A DNA stretch of 26,650 nucleotides from Eubacteriales bacterium (lineage in GTDB: Bacteria > Bacillota > Clostridia > Oscillospirales > CAG-272): contig JAZQWE010000001.1 in NCBI GenBank assembly GCA_045632225.1, positions 1 to 26,650 on the forward strand, written 5' to 3'. The position numbers and the translations under genes are program-made. Below are positions 1 through 8,266 of this stretch, one piece after another. Position 1 is the first letter of the stretch; each line of letters begins with the position of its first letter. Under the pieces are notes generated by a model. The model did no database searches, was not told the DNA's origin, and saw only the letters and a list, made by a program, of their open reading frames with translations.

Positions 1-906
1 ATGGCTACTGATGGCTCTACTATCCATATCATCGGAGCATACGAGTATAACAAGATTTATAACAGCAGCATCTCTTCCAGCTTGAACTATGGATTCCCGA
101 CACCTGTAAATGTTAAGGGACTTACCATCAAGGGTGAAGGAGAAGGTGCAACTCTTACTCTTGCTAACAAGCATCTCCATATCAAGAATGATACTACATT
201 CGACAATATCGGTGTTTACACCTCTGCTTCTGGCGCACTCCACATCGCTTGCGGTTACAACAATGTAACCTTTACCGAAACATTTAAGTGTTCAAAGGCT
301 CTCTTCGCTGCAGGTATGATTACATTCGGCGAGGATAAGACCTCTGGTTGGTATAACAGCCGTGAGTCCATCAGCTCAAACGATGACTGCGTAATTACCG
401 TAAACGGCGGTCAGTACGACTACTTCCTCGGCGGTAACTATCTCTTCAGTAACTATGCAACGGCAATCTACGGTACTTACAGCGGCAATATGACCGTTAA
501 TATCGGCCCCGGCGCAGTTATCAATAACCAGATTCGTAACGGCGCATGCGGACAGAACTACCTTACCGGCAACATTACATTTAATGTTGCATCATGGCCC
601 GCAGGTTATGTTGTCCGTCACTTTGGTTGGCTCGGCAACGCTAACGAATCCGCTTCCTACAACATTCTCAACAATACCGGTACTATCACCGTTAACATTC
701 TCGGCGACCTTACCAACGGCGTTGCAAAGGCAGAAGACCTTAACGCAGACGGTAATGTGGATGTAAAGGATGCACTTGAGGGTATTAAGTATGTTGTAAA
801 CGGCATGCCCGCAAGCATTAAGAATTCTTACTCTCCTTACTACTACGGTATTACAAACTTCGATTTGCTTCAGGCAATCCGTCTTCTCAAGAAACTTGTA
901 TTCTAA
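1..906 (+). CDS. C-terminal part of a probable cell-surface/secreted protein; beta-rich Gly/Asn/Thr repeats plus a C-terminal dockerin-like module (probably 5'-truncated by the window)
   Basis: ORF runs from base 1 with no signal peptide. Dockerin-type Ca-binding loop DLNADGNVDVKD-ALEGIKY at ~736-800; second repeat is degenerate. Stop TAA at 904-906, followed by a terminator. Confidence 0.7.
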   Translation: MATDGSTIHIIGAYEYNKIYNSSISSSLNYGFPTPVNVKGLTIKGEGEGATLTLANKHLHIKNDTTFDNIGVYTSASGALHIACGYNNVTFTETFKCSKALFAAGMITFGEDKTSGWYNSRESISSNDDCVITVNGGQYDYFLGGNYLFSNYATAIYGTYSGNMTVNIGPGAVINNQIRNGACGQNYLTGNITFNVASWPAGYVVRHFGWLGNANESASYNILNNTGTITVNILGDLTNGVAKAEDLNADGNVDVKDALEGIKYVVNGMPASIKNSYSPYYYGITNFDLLQAIRLLKKLVF

Positions 907-914
907 AGATAAAT

Positions 915-945
915 AAAAAATCCACCCGAGAGGGTGGATTTTTTT
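915..945. terminator. Bidirectional rho-independent terminator
   Basis: AAAAAA-TCCACCC-gaga-GGGTGGA-TTTTTTT between convergent ORF1 and yajC. Confidence 0.9.
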
Positions 946-954
946 GCTGTTTGA

Positions 955-1296
955 TTAGTCGTTGTTGCCTTCAGCAGCCTTTTTCTTATCCTCTGCGCTT
1001 ACATCAACACTTCTGATTGCGCTCTTGAGGAAACGGATTTTTGTGCCTGCACGGCTGGTTTCGATGGTGACGGTTTCGTCCTTGATGGAAACGATTTCGC
1101 CGATGATGCCGCCGATAGTGGTAACCTCATCACCAACTGCAAGGCCGTCGCGCATCTTCTTTGCTTCCTGCTCCTGCTTTTTCTGGGGACGAATCATAAG
1201 GAAGTACATTACCACGAACATAAGTACGATGAGAAGGATGGACATAAGGCCGCCGCCCTGTGCGCCGCCTTCAGCACTTAAAAGAAAATTAAACAT
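955..1296 (-). CDS. yajC: Preprotein translocase subunit YajC
   Basis: TM helix followed by YFLMIRPQKK...GDEVTTIGGIIGEIV, the YajC signature. RBS GGAGG lies upstream on the minus strand. Confidence 0.93.
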   Translation of the reverse strand: MFNFLLSAEGGAQGGGLMSILLIVLMFVVMYFLMIRPQKKQEQEAKKMRDGLAVGDEVTTIGGIIGEIVSIKDETVTIETSRAGTKIRFLKSAIRSVDVSAEDKKKAAEGNND

Positions 1297-1329
1297 TGTT
1301 TTCCTCCGAAATTTAAAGTAATCTCTAAC

Positions 1330-1358
1330 ATTATACTATACTAAAATTACAAATGCAA
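1330..1358 (-). promoter_or_regulatory. Sigma-A promoter for yajC
   Basis: Minus strand TTGCAT (1353-1358), 17 nt, TATAAT (1330-1335). Confidence 0.8.
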
Positions 1359-1368
1359 TACAGAACTA

Positions 1369-1397
1369 TTGAAAAAGTTGTGAAAGTATGGTAAAAT
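1369..1397 (+). promoter_or_regulatory. Sigma-A promoter for the D,D-carboxypeptidase gene, back-to-back with the yajC promoter
   Basis: TTGAAA (1369-1374), 17 nt, TGg-TAAAAT extended -10 (1392-1397). It overlaps the ORF-track ATG at 1388, which supports the later start at 1433. Confidence 0.75.
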
Positions 1398-1432
1398 TGT
1401 TCATAATGCTGATTTACCGAAGGGAATTTAAC

Positions 1433-2563
1433 ATGCAAGAACAAAATTCAAACGGACATTCGTCCGCCGATAAATCATATATAACTCCTTTTGAAGGGGG
1501 GAGTTTGATTTCGTTTAAAACGGTGCTTGTTGCGCTGCTTGCGCTTCTTTCCGTTTCTATTATCATCATGCTTTGTTTGCTTGGCGCGCTTCGCGGCAGA
1601 AACGATGCACTTGAAAACGAAATTTTTGAGCATGGGTATACCGAGCCGTCCGTGACGGAGGCTTTTGCAACTGTACAGTTGACAACGGAACATGCTGTGA
1701 CAAATGTTGCACCCGTGCCGCTTGTACCGCTTGAAGAACCCGATGTATATGCAATGTTTACAGATGATACTGCGCATCTTTCAAATATTCGCAGTGAATA
1801 TGCAATTCTCATTGACATGCAAAAGAATGAGATTGTTGCCGAAAAAAACGCCAACGAGCGCATGTATCCCGCCTCAATGACAAAGGTTATGACCCTTATC
1901 GTTGCATACGAGCACATTGAGGATTTAAGCGAAACTTTCACTTTTGACTACACAATCACCGACCCTGCATATAAAGCGGGCGCAAGCGTTGCGGGATTCC
2001 TTTCAAGCGAAGCGGTGTCAATGCTTGACATTTTGTACGGTGTCGCGCTCCCTTCGGGCGCTGATGCAACTACCGCCGTTGCGGTAAGAGTTGCGGGGAG
2101 TGAAGAGGCTTTTGCACAGTTGATGAACGAAAAAGCCGAGGCGCTCGGCCTTGAAAATACCCATTTTGAAAATGCAAGCGGATTGCACCACCAAAACCAC
2201 TATTCAACAGCGCACGAGATGGCGATTATCATGCGATATGCAATGAACATTCCGCTCCTTGCCGAGATTATGTCCACATACCAGCATGTTACAGCGTCAA
2301 CTCCACAACATCCCGACGGACTTTTGCTCGTGAGCACACTTTTCAGCCGCATGTACGGCACCGAGCCTGAAATTGCCGAAGTTATCGCGGGTAAAACGGG
2401 CTATACCCCCGAGGCGGGTTATTGCCTTGCATCGTGTGCCGAAACTCCGGATGAGAAGAAGTACATACTTGTAACGGGTTATGCTTCTCCCGCAGCACAG
2501 GACGGCAAATACGGCGCGATTTATGATGCGATTGACATTTATAAAAACTATATACCGCAGTAA
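1433..2563 (+). CDS. Membrane-anchored D-alanyl-D-alanine carboxypeptidase, peptidase S11 (low-MW PBP)
   Basis: SxxK motif (YPASMTK), SG[A]DA at the SxN position, KTG (AGKTGYT), N-terminal TM helix. Start taken at ATG 1433, downstream of the promoter and after AAGGGA. Confidence 0.88.
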   Translation: MQEQNSNGHSSADKSYITPFEGGSLISFKTVLVALLALLSVSIIIMLCLLGALRGRNDALENEIFEHGYTEPSVTEAFATVQLTTEHAVTNVAPVPLVPLEEPDVYAMFTDDTAHLSNIRSEYAILIDMQKNEIVAEKNANERMYPASMTKVMTLIVAYEHIEDLSETFTFDYTITDPAYKAGASVAGFLSSEAVSMLDILYGVALPSGADATTAVAVRVAGSEEAFAQLMNEKAEALGLENTHFENASGLHHQNHYSTAHEMAIIMRYAMNIPLLAEIMSTYQHVTASTPQHPDGLLLVSTLFSRMYGTEPEIAEVIAGKTGYTPEAGYCLASCAETPDEKKYILVTGYASPAAQDGKYGAIYDAIDIYKNYIPQ

Positions 2564-2594
2564 ATTAACCCCGTGCATAGCACGGGGCTAATTT
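2562..2594. terminator. Hairpin terminator after the carboxypeptidase gene
   Basis: AAATTAaCCCCGTGC-ata-GCACGGGGcTAATTT, followed by a T-rich tract. Confidence 0.75.
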
Positions 2595-2596
2595 TA

Positions 2597-2610
2597 TGTA
2601 GCCGTTTACA
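2597..2610. promoter_or_regulatory. cre-like / LacI-family operator candidate
   Basis: TGTAGCCGTTTACA has one mismatch to the cre consensus TGWAANCGNTNWCA and lies upstream of a putative glycosidase operon. Confidence 0.35.
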
Positions 2611-2753
2611 TTGATTTTAGTATTGTTAATTTTGCGCCGCTATTATAATATTATGTGTGTAAAATATTTTTGCAGTGGCGGTTTTTTCACGGTTTTTTGA
2701 TGATTTGCACAGTTTTTGCGTGATATTTTCTACACCACGGTAGGGAGTTTTTG

Positions 2754-2762
2754 TGATATAAT
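2754..2762 (+). promoter_or_regulatory. Extended -10 promoter element for the 2798-8167 operon
   Basis: TGa-TATAAT (TATAAT at 2757-2762). RBS GGAGG at 2789-2793. No convincing -35. Confidence 0.6.
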
Positions 2763-2797
2763 GTATTGTAAAGTTTTTGTGTATTTTTGGAGGCTAC

Positions 2798-5629
2798 ATG
2801 AAAAATTTCATTTCGATTTTGCTTAGCCTTTCACTTGCTTTGATTTTTGCAATAAGCACATTTGCGCTTATGGGCGAGAACTATGCGTTGTTTGATGAAA
2901 TGTCGGATGTGACAATTCCTAAAAATGAGCATCTTGCAGGTGATGCCAACGGCGACGGCTATGTTAATTTGTTGGATGCTGTTGCGATTCTTCGCTACAG
3001 CGTCGGAAATTGCAAAAACACATTGCGCGACGGCGTTGATGCAAATTGTGACGGCACAGTTAATACAATGGATGTTTTGCTTTCAATCCGCCATGTTGTC
3101 GGCAATGATGTCGGTCTTGATGTTGTTGTAAACGCTGACGGAAGTGCAAAAGAAGAAGCACTCACAGAAGAGAGCATTCCTGCTTTTGAAATTACAGTAA
3201 AAAGAGATGTTTCAAACGGTGACCTTTCTGTACTTGATGTAAATGGCGGCCTTTTCCTTGGTTGGTATAAAAACGAGGATGCGGCAAAAGTGCTTGATGC
3301 AACAAATGCCGCTGAAAATGACTTTGTAGGCGATGTTTACGGCGCATTCCTCGCACTTGATTTTGAAATTGCGGGCGTTGATATGTTTGCTGTGGCGCCT
3401 TACGGCATTAGATTTGTTTCTAAAATCAACGAAAATGCACTTGTTGCGATTGAAACGGTTAATGCGGCCAACCGCTTTGGCAAAAATGCCACTTTCACCC
3501 CTGCAAACGAGTGGAAAACCGGTGTCGGTTTTGGCACAGCCCTTGCAATTGATGTAGAGGTTGACGGAAGTGCCGAAAAGGCTGACGGAAGTGCTGTATG
3601 TGACAAAATGACCGTGCCCGCCGTATATTTTTACGGTAGAGAAGACGGTACCGTTTCGTTTACTGCAACCGTAATCGGCGTAACAACCGCGCAAATGGCG
3701 GATAAAATCGCCGCACGCCCCTATATTACATATATTGACGCAAACGGCAACGAGCGCACCGTTTATGCAAACGGTGATAGCGAAAGTTTTTACAATGTGC
3801 TCCTTGCAACTGTAAACGGTGACAATACCGAGGAAGAAAAGGCGGCGGCAAACGCTTGCCTTGCACAGTACTTTGACATCGGTGAGCAGAGTGTTTCGGG
3901 CATTGCGCTTTTCAACCTTTCTTCAGAAGAGGGAAGTGCGGATAATGACAATGCATATATCGAACTTGACAAAACCACTTTGGTTGCACTCACCGAGGAC
4001 GACCATTCAAGATACCGCAATGCATTCTATCCCCGTATAACAAGAGTTTGTGAAGACCTCTATCTTATGACCTTTAACTACAGTCAGAACGGTCAGCATA
4101 TTTACTTCACTACAAGCGTTGACGGTGTAAACTGGGAAAAACCGGGTGTTCTTTACGGTTCAACCTCCCATAAGTTTACATACGAGTTTGGCTCACTTAT
4201 GGGTACAACGGATATGTACTACGGTGCTACCGCAGACCACTTGGTGCTTGATGACGGCAGAATAATGTGCGTATACTCACGCCGCCCCTGCAAGGGTTAT
4301 TCCATGGCAGAATACGCATCGATTAACTCAATTGATATGGTTATCGGTACTGTCGAAAACGGAAAAATCACATGGTCCGAGCCTACCGCGATTTATTACG
4401 GTCAGAACTGGGAGCCTGAGATTATCAAGCGTTCAAACGGTGATATAGAGGTTTATTGGTCACACGCGGCGCCCATGATTCAAAAATACGGCTTCCATGA
4501 AGAAAGGCGCTCAAGCGGCGTTGCAATGATTTCTTCAAGCGACGGCGGAAATACATGGACACCTAATGTTACCGCAGATGATACAAATCTTTATGCGGGC
4601 AAGAGAATTTATCAGTACAGCGCGGGCAAGTTTACTGTTAACAGCGGTGAAGTTGTTAACTTCTACCACGGACAAATGCCCGGTGTTGTAGAACTTGTTG
4701 ACGGCAGAATGATGGTTGTTGGCGAAACAAGACCCATCAGCCGTTCATATCACATGATAAGTATGGCACGCTCAAATGCTGACGGCACATGGACAGAACT
4801 CGGTATTGACGAGGCAGGTCCTACAGATGTTGTTGAGGACATGTTTGACGGTGCAGGCCCCACACTTATGCGCTTTGATTCGGGCGAACTTCTTTTGACA
4901 TACAATGACGACAGCGCCCTTTTTGCAAGAGTTCTTGATAAGACCGGCAGTAATGCACTTAGTGCATTTGCATACAATGCTTTTGGCACAGATCTTAAAG
5001 CGGACGGAGGTTTCTGGAGTGCCTCCGCTCCCGTTGATTCACATACCGCGATACTTTCGATGTCATACAAAAAGTACAACGGCCGTGTACCTGTAATCGT
5101 TGAAAACGAGGATGGAACTCAAACCACCACTCTTCACAATACAACTCTTGTCGGCAAGGTAAGACTCAATCACACGCTTGACGCTGTAAACAAGAATATG
5201 GTTGCAGACGGCAATATTTGGGAGTGGGACAACATTACCGATGCACTCTTTGTAGGTAGCGACAGCGCCGTTCAGGCGACATACCGCTTTGCATACGACA
5301 ATGAGTATATCTATGTTGCAATCGACCGTACCGACGATACTTTAAATGCAGATGATAGCGCTTATATATCCGTTGCTACTGAAAACGGATATGTAACAGC
5401 CGAAATCGGCGGCATAGGCGTGCTCCAAAGCGGTGTCTTTGGCGCATCAAAGGCTGCTGAAGGCGGCACACTTTACGAACTTTGCTTTGACCGCGCGGCG
5501 CTTGGACTTATGGGCGATAGCATTCGCGTATTCCCCGGCTTTACCGATGCTGATATGGGTGTTAATGACACCGTTGACGGCACAGATGTTGAAAACACAT
5601 CAACTTGGATTAAGATTAACCTCAAATAA
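2798..5629 (+). CDS. Secreted modular protein: signal peptide, dockerin, uncharacterised GIRF...ARPY domain, Asp-box beta-propeller (sialidase-fold, GH93-like motifs), C-terminal CBM9/DOMON-like domain
   Basis: Signal peptide MKNFISILLSLSLALIFAISTFA. Two dockerin loops DANGDGYVNLLD and DANCDGTVNTMD (~2939-3110). Asp-boxes TSVDGVNW and SSDGGNTW. Motifs FYPRI, NWEPE, GQMPGVVELVDGRMMVVGE. C-terminal YRFAYDNEYIYVAIDRTD. Start ATG 2798 after GGAGG. Confidence 0.8.
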   Translation: MKNFISILLSLSLALIFAISTFALMGENYALFDEMSDVTIPKNEHLAGDANGDGYVNLLDAVAILRYSVGNCKNTLRDGVDANCDGTVNTMDVLLSIRHVVGNDVGLDVVVNADGSAKEEALTEESIPAFEITVKRDVSNGDLSVLDVNGGLFLGWYKNEDAAKVLDATNAAENDFVGDVYGAFLALDFEIAGVDMFAVAPYGIRFVSKINENALVAIETVNAANRFGKNATFTPANEWKTGVGFGTALAIDVEVDGSAEKADGSAVCDKMTVPAVYFYGREDGTVSFTATVIGVTTAQMADKIAARPYITYIDANGNERTVYANGDSESFYNVLLATVNGDNTEEEKAAANACLAQYFDIGEQSVSGIALFNLSSEEGSADNDNAYIELDKTTLVALTEDDHSRYRNAFYPRITRVCEDLYLMTFNYSQNGQHIYFTTSVDGVNWEKPGVLYGSTSHKFTYEFGSLMGTTDMYYGATADHLVLDDGRIMCVYSRRPCKGYSMAEYASINSIDMVIGTVENGKITWSEPTAIYYGQNWEPEIIKRSNGDIEVYWSHAAPMIQKYGFHEERRSSGVAMISSSDGGNTWTPNVTADDTNLYAGKRIYQYSAGKFTVNSGEVVNFYHGQMPGVVELVDGRMMVVGETRPISRSYHMISMARSNADGTWTELGIDEAGPTDVVEDMFDGAGPTLMRFDSGELLLTYNDDSALFARVLDKTGSNALSAFAYNAFGTDLKADGGFWSASAPVDSHTAILSMSYKKYNGRVPVIVENEDGTQTTTLHNTTLVGKVRLNHTLDAVNKNMVADGNIWEWDNITDALFVGSDSAVQATYRFAYDNEYIYVAIDRTDDTLNADDSAYISVATENGYVTAEIGGIGVLQSGVFGASKAAEGGTLYELCFDRAALGLMGDSIRVFPGFTDADMGVNDTVDGTDVENTSTWIKINLK

Positions 5630-5641
5630 AAGGAGAACCCA

Positions 5642-8167
5642 ATGAAAAAAATTCTTTGTTTAGTACTTGCGGCAGTAATGCTTCTTTCCACTACCGCTTT
5701 TGCGGCAGATGTACTGCTTATTGCACCTAATCCCAATGCTGTAAAGGCGACAACCGTTACCGCTGACAATGCGGCAAATGCGCTTCATGCGCTTGGACTT
5801 TTGGCGGGCGTTGGCAACAATGCAGACGGCACAGTAAACTTTGCAACCGAAGGTAGCCTTACCCGTGCACAGTCAATCACTCAGGTTGTGCGTTTCCTCG
5901 GCGCTGAAAAGGATGCAACTTCCACCACAAATGCGCATCCCTTTACCGACCTTGCTTCTTGGGCTGTTCCCTACATCAGCTACGCCTATGCAAACGGCAT
6001 TACCGCAGGTGTAAGCGCAACCAAGTTTGACGGCGACAGCGCAATGAGCGATTTTGCATTCCTCACTGCAATTCTCCGTGTGCTCGGTTACAAGGATGCA
6101 GAGGGCGATTTCGTTTGGAACAACCCCTATGACCTTGCAAAGAGTGTTGGTCTTATCAACACCACAACCGCTGATACCACCTTTACCCGCGGCGATGCAT
6201 TTGTTATTTGCTACAATGCGCTCACCGCTAAAGTTAAGAGCGGCGATGATGTTGCAACACAGCTTATCGCAAAGGGACTTTTCACAAAGTCACAGTTTAA
6301 CACCGTTATGGGAATTGAAGAAGAGGTTCTTACTCCCGTTGTTCCCGAAAATCCCGAAACCAAACTTTTGACCATTGATAAACTTGTGCAAAAGAGCACA
6401 AACGGTGACCACAAGGATGACGATATCACTACCGCATCCCTTGAAATTAATTACCGTGAAAATGTTGAACTCAACTCCGCGCTCACCGGTAGCAACCGTT
6501 ATGACAATGCGTGGTATCCCCGTATCAAGCAGGTAAAGGATGACCTTTACATTATGTTCTGGATGTACGGTCAGCTTGGCAGACATCTCTATGTTTCATA
6601 TTCAAATGACGGCAAAGAGTGGACAGCACCCGAAGTTTTCTGGGGCGCTGATAACTCAAAGAAAATTACTCATACATACGGCCCGCTTGAGGGTAAAGAG
6701 GACCAGATGCTTGCAGTAAATGCAGATGCATGTGTACTTGATAACGGTGACATCCTCTGCGTTTATGCACTTCGTCCCAGCTCCGGCTACAACTACGCGG
6801 AATATGCAGAACTTAACGGTATCTTCATGCGTCGCGGTACTGTTGGCGCTGACAATAAGATAACATGGTCCGAGGAAACACAGGTTACCAAGGGGCAGGT
6901 TTGGGAGCCTTTCATCTATCAGAGAGAAGACGGACAGATTGAACTTTATTGGTCTTGCGCAATTGCATACATTGATATGTACGGCTTTGACTCCATTAAG
7001 CGCTCCACTTGTACTTCTATGGTAGTTTCCAATGACAACGGTTATACATGGTCGCCCGCAACTGTTAAGGAAAACCATTATGTAGCAACACGCGTATATC
7101 AGGAATATGTAGGCGACAAGATTCCTTACGGCACAAATGAGGATGGTACCCCCAAGTATACCGAGGCAGTTCCGTACTTTGGCGGTCAGATGCCTTCTGT
7201 AACTCAGCTTTACAACGGCAAGGCACTCCTTGCTGTAGAAGTTCACTTGGTTAAGTATAGCAAGGACGAGTCCGATGTATATCATCTCTCCCTTGCGCGC
7301 AGTGACGAAAACGGCAATTGGAAGCCGCTGGAACTTCTTGAAGAAAAGAAAGACGATGTACTTGTTGCCCCCTTCGCAGGTGAGGCTGCCGCTCCCTATC
7401 TTGCCCGTTTTAAGTCCGGTGAAGTAGTGCTTAGCTACACCGCAAAGGGACTCCATGCAAGAATGGTTAGTCCCGATGGCACAAAGGTAGACTCAAAGCA
7501 ATTTTCTATAGTGCCCGATGCAAAGGGTTCTTGGGGCTCAACAGAAATGCTTAACAGCCACAAAATCGCGGCGACCAATATTAAAACCGGCGATAAGCGT
7601 GCAATTTGCATCACCTATTCCTACCTCAACCATCGCACAAATGCACCTAAAGTTGCGGTAAATGTTGACGGCTATACCAATGATTGGGACAACAATACCG
7701 ATGCATACTTTGTAGGTAGCGAAACTCAGGCGCAGATCAATGTGCGCACCGCTCATGACAATGACAATGTATACTTCCTTATCACCCGCGCAGATACATA
7801 CCTTACCGAGGGTGATACCGCTTCTGTAAGCGTTGCAACAAGTGCGGCAAGTTATTACCGCATTACAACTGCTGTTGACGGCACTCTTACCATTGAATAT
7901 CTTGAAAACGGTTCTGTAAAGAAAACCGTTAGCGGCGGAAGTGCTGTTGCAAAGGTATTCGGTACAGTTGGCAACAACGAGGATAAGGACGAGGGCGTTG
8001 TAATTGAGATTTCCGTTCCCAAGGCGCTTGTGGGTCTTGACGGTGTATCCTCATACAAGATTTGTCCTTCGCTTTCAAATCAGGACGGTGTTGGTTCCAC
8101 AAACGATACTCTTACCGGTGTGAGCGTGTTCACAACCAACCGTTGGCCAAGCGTAGTTCTTGACTAA
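5642..8167 (+). CDS. Secreted modular paralog: signal peptide, SLH-like domains, Asp-box beta-propeller (GH93-like motifs), C-terminal CBM9/DOMON-like domain
   Basis: Signal peptide MKKILCLVLAAVMLLSTTAFA. SLH-like motifs LTRAQ, FTDLASWAVPYISYAYANGITAGV and FTRGDA. Asp-boxes YSNDGKEW and SNDNGYTW. Motifs WYPRI, VWEPF, GQMPSVTQLYNGKALLAVE. RBS AAGGAG; starts 12 nt after the upstream stop. Confidence 0.82.
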   Translation: MKKILCLVLAAVMLLSTTAFAADVLLIAPNPNAVKATTVTADNAANALHALGLLAGVGNNADGTVNFATEGSLTRAQSITQVVRFLGAEKDATSTTNAHPFTDLASWAVPYISYAYANGITAGVSATKFDGDSAMSDFAFLTAILRVLGYKDAEGDFVWNNPYDLAKSVGLINTTTADTTFTRGDAFVICYNALTAKVKSGDDVATQLIAKGLFTKSQFNTVMGIEEEVLTPVVPENPETKLLTIDKLVQKSTNGDHKDDDITTASLEINYRENVELNSALTGSNRYDNAWYPRIKQVKDDLYIMFWMYGQLGRHLYVSYSNDGKEWTAPEVFWGADNSKKITHTYGPLEGKEDQMLAVNADACVLDNGDILCVYALRPSSGYNYAEYAELNGIFMRRGTVGADNKITWSEETQVTKGQVWEPFIYQREDGQIELYWSCAIAYIDMYGFDSIKRSTCTSMVVSNDNGYTWSPATVKENHYVATRVYQEYVGDKIPYGTNEDGTPKYTEAVPYFGGQMPSVTQLYNGKALLAVEVHLVKYSKDESDVYHLSLARSDENGNWKPLELLEEKKDDVLVAPFAGEAAAPYLARFKSGEVVLSYTAKGLHARMVSPDGTKVDSKQFSIVPDAKGSWGSTEMLNSHKIAATNIKTGDKRAICITYSYLNHRTNAPKVAVNVDGYTNDWDNNTDAYFVGSETQAQINVRTAHDNDNVYFLITRADTYLTEGDTASVSVATSAASYYRITTAVDGTLTIEYLENGSVKKTVSGGSAVAKVFGTVGNNEDKDEGVVIEISVPKALVGLDGVSSYKICPSLSNQDGVGSTNDTLTGVSVFTTNRWPSVVLD

Positions 8168-8171
8168 CAGC

Positions 8172-8206
8172 AAAAAAGGATGGCAAAAAATTGCCATCCT
8201 TTTTTT
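8172..8206. terminator. Rho-independent terminator (bidirectional-looking)
   Basis: AAAAAAGGATGGCAA-aaaa-TTGCCATCCTTTTTTT. Confidence 0.9.
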
Positions 8207-8207
8207 A

Positions 8208-8236
8208 TTGCGTTTTTTGTCTATATATGATATAAT
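8208..8236 (+). promoter_or_regulatory. Sigma-A promoter for the APC permease
   Basis: TTGCGT (8208-8213), 17 nt, TGa-TATAAT (8231-8236). Confidence 0.75.
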
Positions 8237-8266
8237 GAACACATTATTAAGAAAGGTAGTCAGTTT

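Noticed and set aside
955-1296. yajC standing alone without tgt/secDF
   Set aside because: Monocistronic yajC with its own promoter is a minor synteny variation without further signal.
6656-7456. 266-aa minus-strand ORF
   Set aside because: Antisense to the SLH-propeller gene; no RBS or family motifs.
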